Assembly: GCA_951406725.2 (NCBI GenBank)
Contig: OX597821.1
Location: 16,306,001-16,370,000, forward strand
Length of the DNA: 64,000 nucleotides
Reading direction: 5' to 3'
Source: Octopus vulgaris
Lineage: Eukaryota
Position 1 is the first letter of the stretch. Every line of letters begins with the position of its first letter. A program made the position numbers and the translations under genes. Positions 53,722 through 64,000 of this stretch are shown piece after piece. The notes under the pieces are model-generated. The model was given only the letters and a program-made list of their open reading frames with translations. It had not been told where the DNA came from and did not search any database.

Positions 53722-55227
53722 TTTCTAAATTTCTCGTAGTTCTAGAAGCTTTATAACTGCTGATAATTATTTACAAGCCAGAAGTGTCTGAGAAATGCTA
53801 TTCGATCGCATCACCCCAATTTATATTATCGAAAGCAACGCCGGCTGAAGGTAAAAGTTTCACGTCGGTAAGATTCGAAATCATTAAGTACAGTCGAGAG
53901 ACTAACTACAACAATACACTTGCTCTACTGACTTTGCTATTCAAACAAGTACAAATTCGTAATCGTTTATTTTTTTATATTCTGTAATATGATCAATGTA
54001 CATTAGCGTAGAAGTCATTTGAAATTATAAACATTGTTAATGATAATTTCAAATTAAATAGAATATTTAGAAAATGTCATTTATTTATAAAGTTCATTTA
54101 ATAGTTATGCAATATTTTAAATAATGCAATTACTTGCTTTATTTATGTATCCATATTTCTAATTGGTATATTAATTTGTAAAGAAAATTTATTAAACCGC
54201 ACTTTGAATTTAATAAATAAACGATATTTCTCTTTATAAATAAATTCCTACATTAAACTTCCATAGATAACAATTCTTAATTCTAGCAATTTCGTTTACT
54301 TGTTACTCTATAGATTCTAGCAGATATATTTCCATCTCTCTTCAGACATCTCTTGTCTCTACGCACGCAAACACACACACCACACAATCTTATATATACA
54401 TACATCCATTCAAAAAAGATCAGACATTTGTTTCATAGGAGAGAAACATATTACATATTTTAACAGAGGTATTTTTTTTTCTTCGGTATTAAAGATAATT
54501 CTGCCTTTAGAAGTTCGTTTGTTCCCCGTCATTACTTTGCGCATTCATTTGGCTGCGATGTGTTTACTCGTAATAATTGACATCGTCTGTGAAGGGCACT
54601 TTTTTAAGGAATTCTCCAAAATGGAACCTTAATCTTATGCATAATTAATCCAAGTGCTGATAGTTCATTTTATCGACTATCTTAGTCTTCATCGTCGAAC
54701 GACGGAGGTCCGCTATTAAGTCTGTCTGCTCTGAATAAATAAGTATTTGCTATAGTCCTTGATTGTATTTGGCCTACATTTCATCGTTAGTGAAAGTGAA
54801 AAGTAAACTACATTATCAATAATTTGAATAATGTCTAAAATGATATGTTCTTTTTAAATGATATTTTCCCTGCATTATTCCATAAGTGTAAACGTACATG
54901 GTTCCTGATGTATAATCTGACATGTCCTCTTTAAGTTGACTGTAATCTTATATTATCAATGTAGTTATTACGTGTAGACTGTATCCGCAAATCTCTCCTT
55001 TGACTTCGCACTCAGTGGCATGAAATACTGACTTCCAGCTAATTCCAAAGCACCAAATGATATTGAAAGTTAGCATTTGGAGTTTTCTTAGCCATAACAG
55101 AGAAAGAAGTTCCCTGAACTACATTAGCAGAGACACACCATGAAACAGAAGACCTAACAACGCTGAACGGGGACAGGATTCCTGCTACTATGTAGTGGAA
55201 TATACCATATATCTCGAAGGCTACTTG

Positions 55228-55280
55228 AAGTACTAGTAGTAGCAGTAGTAGTTGTAGCAGTAGCAGCAGCGGTGGTGGTG

Positions 55281-55313
<33 letters not shown>

Positions 55314-55314
55314 A

Positions 55315-55358
<44 letters not shown>

Positions 55359-55448
55359 ACAGCAGTGGTGGTGGTAGTAGTAGTACTAGTAGTAGTAGTA
55401 GTAATAACAGCAGTAGTGGTGATGGTAGTAGTAGTAGTAGTTATTATT
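55228..55448. repeat. (GTA)n/(GTG)n microsatellite
   Basis: Directly visible; source of the poly-V pseudo-ORF. Confidence 0.97.
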
Positions 55449-55747
55449 GCCTCGAAAGCAATGCTAGAACAAAGTTATGACAGCTTTCTGTCCAACATCT
55501 TTTAAAGATTTCAGAGAGATTCGCCACACGTTCAGCAGATACGAAGGGGCGCGCTCTACTGGCAAGCCAACGAACGAGACCAGTTAAACAAATAGCAACT
55601 GAATATGAATATTTCAAATTTGGATTGGCATGAACGTCTCAACTCTCACTCAGAGAATCATTAAAATTCCAAAGAAGAACTGCGCGAAAAAATAAAATCA
55701 TTTTAAAACTAAACTAAGTGTATAGGATAGGCACATATTAATGGATA

Positions 55748-56129
55748 TGGAAGCACTCCGTTGGTTACTACGACGAGGGTTCCAGTTGATCCGAATCAAC
55801 GGAACAGCTTGCTCGTGAAATTAACGTGTAAGTGGCTGAGCACTCCACAGACACGTGCACCCTTAACGTAGTTCTCGGGGATATTCAGCGTGACACAGAG
55901 AGTGACAAGGCCGGCCCCTTGAAATACAGGTACAACAGAAACAGGAAGTAAGAGTGAGAGAAAGTTGTAGTGAAAGAGTACAGCAGGGATCACCACCATC
56001 ACTGCCGGAGCCTCGTGGAGCTTTAGGTGTTTTCGCTCAATAAACACTCACAACACCCGGTCTGGGAATCGAAACCGCGATCCTATGACCGCAAGTCCGC
56101 TGCCCTAACCACTCAGCCATTGCGCCTCC
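55748..56129 (-). mobile_element. SINE family C
   Basis: Near-identical to the other copies; TSD acatattaat. Confidence 0.94.
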
Positions 56130-56348
56130 ACATATTAATAGGACTGGTGGGAAAATGGTATTTTTAGAGGACTGATTATAAGCATATATACGCTGTTACA
56201 ATGGACGCATGAGTTAACAAATGCATCTGTTCATCTTGAAATATGTTATAGAATAATTTGATAATGCTAGTCCTTCCGACATTTGGTTAATATTGAATAA
56301 TGAAGAATTTTTTACATCTGCATTAGAAATTTAAAAGAGTTAAGGCAT

Positions 56349-56536
56349 ATAGGCGCAGGAATGGCTATATAGGCGAAGGAGTGGCCGTGTGGTAAGTAGC
56401 TTGCTAAACAACCACATGGTTCTGGGTTCAGTCCCACTGCGTGGAATCTTGGGCAAGTGTCTTCTGCTATAGCCCTGGGCCGACCAATGCCTTGTGAGTG
56501 GATTTGGTAGACGGAAACTGAAAGAAGCCTGTCGTA

Positions 56537-56599
<63 letters not shown>

Positions 56600-56810
56600 T
56601 TGTGTGTGTCTGTGTTTGTCCCCCTAGCATTGCTTGACAACCGATGCTGGTGTGTTTACGTCCCCGTCACCTAGCGGTTCGGCAAAAGAGACTGATAGAA
56701 TAAGTACTCGGCTTACAAAGAATAAGTCCCGGGGTCGATTTGCTCGACTAAAGGCGGTGCTCCAGCATGGCCGCAGTCAAATGACTGAAACAAGTAAAAG
56801 AGTAAAAGAG
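56349..56810 (+). mobile_element. SINE family A, full length, duplicated 5' head
   Basis: ataggcgcaggaatggct then ataggcgaaggagtggccgtgtgg; tail agtaaaagagtaaaagag. Confidence 0.94.
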
Positions 56811-57202
56811 TATATTAGAATTATAATATGAGAAAATGTAAATTGAATTGACTCATTCATATCAGGCGAACGATTTATCTAAATTGTTCTTTAACGAGAG
56901 AAACCAGTCTGCTAAATATTATTTCCGTTGCATATAGGTAACATTAGCAGCAACATGAATATTATATCTTTCAATTTCTTCATTGGTTTAATATTAGACT
57001 GCGCCCATACGGAGGTGCCGCTTCGAAGTGCTTAATCGTACAACTCGGTTACGGTACTTACATTTTAGACGAGGCAAAAGTAACGAAGACGTAAGCAAAC
57101 CAACACTGGTGCAGGGGCCCGAAACACAAACAGACTGAAGCACAGACAAACACAGGCACGCGCGCGCGCACGGACAATCATACACACAAAACGCATATTT
57201 TT

Positions 57203-57400
57203 TCTTTTACTTGTTTCAGTTATTTGACTGCGGCCATGCTGGAGCACCGCCTATAATCGAATAAATCGACCAAAGGAATTGTTCTTTGTAAGCCTAGTAA
57301 TTATTCGATCGGTTTCTTTTGCCGAGCAGCTAAGTTACGGGGAGATAAATACACCAACATCGGTTGTCAAGCGATGGTTGGTGGACAAACACAGACACAA
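57203..57400 (-). mobile_element. SINE family A 3' half
   Basis: Family-A homology up to the internal microsatellite. Confidence 0.9.
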
Positions 57401-57633
57401 ACATGTATATATATGTATATATATATACATATATATACGTATACATATATATACATTAATATATACATATATATACATATATATATACACATATATATAC
57501 ATAAATATATACACATATATATACATATATATACATATATATATATACATATACATACACATATATATACATATATATACATATATATACACGTATATAT
57601 ACATACACATATATATACATATATATACATATT

Positions 57634-57830
57634 ACTTACTTTTACTTTTACTTGTTTCAGTCATTTGACTGCGGCCATGCTGGAGCACCGCCTTTAGTCG
57701 AGCAAATCGACCCCGGGACTTATTCTTTGTAAGCCCAGTACTTATTCTATCGGTCTCTTTTTGCCGAACCGCTAAGTGACGGGGACGTAAACACACCAGC
57801 ATCGGTTGCCAAGCAATGCTAGGGGGACAA

Positions 57831-57891
<61 letters not shown>

Positions 57892-58072
57892 CATACATAC
57901 ATACATACGACAGGCTTCTTTCAGTTTCCGTCTACCAAATCCACTCAAAAGGCTTTGGTCGGCCCGAGGCTATAGTAGAAGACATTTGCCCAAGATGCCA
58001 CGCAGTGGGACTGAACCCGGAACCATGTAGTTCATAAGCAAGCTACTTACCACACAGCCACTCCTGCGCCTA
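57634..58072 (-). mobile_element. SINE family A, full length
   Basis: Family-A homology end to end. Confidence 0.94.
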
Positions 58073-58239
58073 TATATACATATATATACATATACACATA
58101 TATATATACATATATATACATATACATATATATATATATACATATACATATACATATATATATATATATACATATATATACACATATATATACATATATA
58201 TACATATATATATACATATATATACATTAATACATACAC

Positions 58240-58282
<43 letters not shown>

Positions 58283-58415
58283 TATATACACATATATATA
58301 CATATATATACATATATATATATACATATACATACACATATATATACATATATATACATATATATACATATATATACATACATATATATACATATATATA
58401 CATATATATATACAT

Positions 58416-58594
58416 ACTTTTACTTGTTTCAGTCATTTGACTGCGGCCATATGGAGCACCGCCTTTAGTCGAGCAAATCGACCCCGGGACTTATTCTTTG
58501 TAAGCCCAGTACTTATTCTATCGGTCTCTTTTTGCCGAACCGCTAAGTGACGGGGACGTAAACACACCAGCATATAAGCAATATAGGGGGACAA

Positions 58595-58653
<59 letters not shown>

Positions 58654-58802
58654 CATACATACATACGACAGGCTTTTTCAGTTTCCTCACAAATCACTCA
58701 AAGGCTTTGGTCGGCCCGATATAGTAGAAGACATTTGCCCAAGATGCCACGCATGGACTTATACCGGACCATATAAGCAAGCTACTTATACAGTTGCGCC
58801 TA
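58416..58802 (-). mobile_element. SINE family A, deletion-riddled duplicate of 57634-58072
   Basis: Shares variants (tctctttttgcc, gacatttgccc) with the neighbouring copy. Confidence 0.85.
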
Positions 58803-60372
<1,570 letters not shown>

Positions 60373-60480
60373 TATTTTCATTTCTTTTTTGTTAATATCC
60401 CCTTGTAAAGACGGTTATAGAGCGTGCATGCCGATGTAAACATTGGCATTAACACACCTTTACTTCATATAAGTGATATC

Positions 60481-60590
60481 TAAACGTTAAACCCTCCTTT
60501 CCTTATTTCCTGAGCGTCCAATAATACTGTACTTGTTCCATGTCCTCGTGTTGTTGTGTTTTCTCTTTGTGTGTTCATGTTTGGATTAAC
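60481..60590 (+). mobile_element. Penelope-like end, second copy of the 1924-2040 family
   Basis: aaacgttaaaccctcctt..cctgagcgtccaataatact..gtcctcg.gttgttgtgtttt..ggattaac followed by (TA)n. Confidence 0.7.
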
Positions 60591-60738
60591 TATATATATA
60601 TATATGAGAGAGATTTTCTTTAAGTATTAGAAATAGCTTTAAAAAAGTTTTTTAGCTGCTATTCTGAACACTTGGTGAAATTGATTAATAATTAATTAAT
60701 TTTACCCTCAATTGTTGAAATATATATATATATATATA

Positions 60739-61320
60739 CAGTTGCGGCCAAAATGTTCAGAACGGCATTGTTTTCACCAGAAAAGTAGGTATACGTTTTT
60801 ATCAAAGTTGGTTTATATTCTATAATTTTCACAGACAATAAATACTATATTAGTTATTATCGTCTGAGATTTTGGTGTAATGTGACAGGTTAATACAAAA
60901 GTTATGGATGATTTAGTGATTTACTGCAAAACCCATGGCGGCCAAAACCTCCCAATATTTATATATGTATATAACCATTTGTTATCCTTAGGCTTACGTC
61001 AATTTCGTAACCATCATGCAGTAATAATTTCTGTGTATAAATTATTTGACATGTCTGCACCAAGATGCATGCTACGCATTGTACTAAACAGGTGTACATT
61101 TGCAGATGAATTCAGATACAGTCGGCTAGTTCATCTGATCATTCGAACGTCATGGTTACGCCAACGAAAATTCCACTGGCGTAGTGCACTGGGATTTTAT
61201 ACTAACAACAATGAACGAACGAAAACTAACACATCTATCGGTAAGATTTGAAGTTACAAATGACAGAAAACTATGCAGACCACTGTCCGACTTTCCAACG
61301 ATCTCACCAATACGGCCTCC
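60739..61320. mobile_element. Tc1-like DNA transposon relic
   Basis: Starts ta|cagttgcggccaaaa; internal segment 60970-61090 recurs diverged at 61968-62090. The right end was not found. Confidence 0.4.
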
Positions 61321-61555
61321 ACATACACACAAACACATACGCATGCACACACATAGATATAGATAATTTATATATTTGTAGCGCGATAAATGGATTCATT
61401 GAATAATTTGGCTATCACAGAACGTTCTTTTAGTGGACCAGGCTACCATGCTACATAGTAATTTAATATGTAGGCCTTTATAACAGCGACTAAAATCTAG
61501 AAGATATAATCGAAGAAATACAACATCAGGAAGTATGGGACGTTAATATAATCTT

Positions 61556-61958
61556 TCACTCTTTTACTTGTTTCAGTCATGTGACTGTGGCCGTGCTGGA
61601 GCACCGCCTTTAGTCGAGAAAATCGACCCTAGGACTTATTCTTTGTAAGCCGAGTACTTATTCTATCGGTCTCTTTTGCCGAACCGCTAAGTTACGGGGA
61701 CGTAAACACAACAGCATCGATTGTCAAGCGTTGTTGGGGGGACAAACACAGACACACAAACACACACACACACACACATATATATACATATATACGACGG
61801 GCTTCTTTCAGTTTCCATCTACTAAATCCACTCACAAGGCTTTGGTCGGCCCGAGGTTATAGTAGAACACACTTACCCAAGGTGCCAAGTAGTGGGACCG
61901 AACCCGGAACCATGTAGTTAGTAAGCTAGCTACTTATCACGCAGCCACTCTTACGCCT
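61556..61958 (-). mobile_element. SINE family A, full length
   Basis: Family-A homology; possible TSD taatata. Confidence 0.93.
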
Positions 61959-62435
61959 AATATATTTATTTAACAATTTGTTATCCCTAGAATTACGCCC
62001 GATTTGTAGCCTTCATGATGCGGTAATAATTTCTGTGTATAATAAACTATTTTACATGTTTGCACCTGTCTGCATGATACACATTGTATAATTGAAACCA
62101 ACCAACTTGAAGCATTGGTGTAACCACTTTAATCCGTGGAGCTAATGATCTAGTCTTTGCATTGATTTGTAAGTGTATGACGGAGCATGCGAAACGGTTG
62201 TAAACCTAATATTCTAAATTAATATAATTCACATCTCATACCGCTTGTCCTGTTCCGATGCACGTAATGTTTACTTGCTTATATATATATATTATACACA
62301 AAATGAGAGAAACGCACATTCTAAAAGGAAGACAACCAAGTGTGTGTATATAAGTTTTCACGTATGTGTGTATGGCAGTGTGTTTATGTTATCGTGTCTA
62401 CTTAATCATACACTTAAACTATTCAAAATTCTTAT

Positions 62436-62554
<119 letters not shown>

Positions 62555-62691
62555 ATAGAATATAAATTGCAAGTATTATTTATTAAAAGGGATATTTTTT
62601 ACATGCTATAACTTGCTGCAATTCATACATATATGCCTGTAACGGTATGTTTTTTGTTTGTTTGTTTGTGGGTGTGTGTCTAAATTATAAA

Positions 62692-62722
<31 letters not shown>

Positions 62723-63464
62723 GTATGCATGTATGTTTATATGTGAGTATATAAATATATATGTATTAATATATGTATATATGTATGTATATAAATATAT
62801 CTGTGTGTGTATAGATATATATTAATACATATTTATTTATTTGAATAGTTATTAATACAAACACACTCACGCACACATGAACACACAGACACACACACAC
62901 ATGTATATATATATATACATATATATATTGGAATAGGAATTTTGTATTAAAAACAGCACCATTTTTTTGTAGTACACGATAATTTATTTTGTGATAAGTT
63001 TTTTAAATTATGCAAAGAAAAGAAACATAGACTGCTTATAGGAAAGATCTTAAACTGTACAGACATGAAAAATATATACTTACAAATAAATATAGGCACA
63101 TATGTTTTCCATATATGCGGATCTATGTTTGGTTGTATTGCGTATGCGTGTTCGTACGATGTTTATCGTTGTGTTCAATTACATTTTACTTCTATATTTA
63201 GGAAGCAAAAACATCTTTTACATACGCAAGTAGATGAATGCAAATAGAATATTAAAAAAATCTACAGATATATATATATATATATATACAGGCAGAGAGA
63301 TTCGAAATATTTTCGCAAATTTTCTCTTGTCATGGTGATGTAAAATATATTGTTTACACTACACAAATCTTATAACACTTTTAATAGAATTACCTGTGCA
63401 TAATGTAGCCAAAGTTATAAGAATAAAGTTATATACGATATTTTAATACTGAATTCTATATATG

Positions 63465-63500
<36 letters not shown>

Positions 63501-64000
63501 TATATCAAAAGGTTAATACATGGCATGGTGTATTAGCAATATCAGCATCTAAAATTCAGATCAGGTAAATCTATCTCCAATTAAAGAACAGCTACAGTAT
63601 CAGATTCAAAAGCAACAAGATAAATCCGATGCAAAAATTGTGTTAAAATATTCACAACTAAATAAGAAAGTTGAAAGTGGGTGGCTACATGATCGCCATT
63701 TATATTTTACAATGCAATGAATCCCAGTCTACATTTTATTTTAAAATGCAATGGAACTCAAACATTTATTCTAATAGCTAAAATCATGCTATGTTTTTTA
63801 AAGAAGAGCGAATAAATATTCTAAATGAACATAGCAAGAAATAGAGACAATACACACAAAAAATTATAATAAATTCAATATAAACTAAATTTTCAAAAAA
63901 ATAATATCGCATATTGCATACACATAAACAGCTGCTTGTTAGTTTGGTAGTTGTTTTAGCCTTCACTTATTATCTTTTTTTTTTACATTGCAAGTAGTAT

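Overview
Eukaryotic, very AT-rich, gene-poor DNA, probably an octopus/coleoid intron or intergenic region. The taxon is an inference from the repeat families and microsatellite load. No host protein-coding gene can be established; almost all ORF-track entries are (TA)n/(CA)n artefacts or SINE read-throughs. The window is a stack of mobile elements: four tRNA-headed SINE families (here A-D), decayed RTE LINEs, R4/Dong-like fragments in (TAA)n, Penelope-like ends with hammerhead-like motifs in (TA)n, two inverted non-autonomous Helitrons, mariner/Tc1/pogo relics and faint gypsy relics. The standout is a ~2 kb GC-rich element (about 25503-27501). It encodes only an L1/Tx1-type ORF1 (RRM-like region plus a CCHC knuckle hidden by two compensating frameshifts), has no RT or endonuclease, ends in AATAAA, and sits with a target duplication between box A and box B of a family-A SINE head. 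It is a candidate ORF1-only (HAL1-like) retroelement that may target SINEs or tRNA genes. All alignments were done by eye, so boundaries of old elements are approximate.
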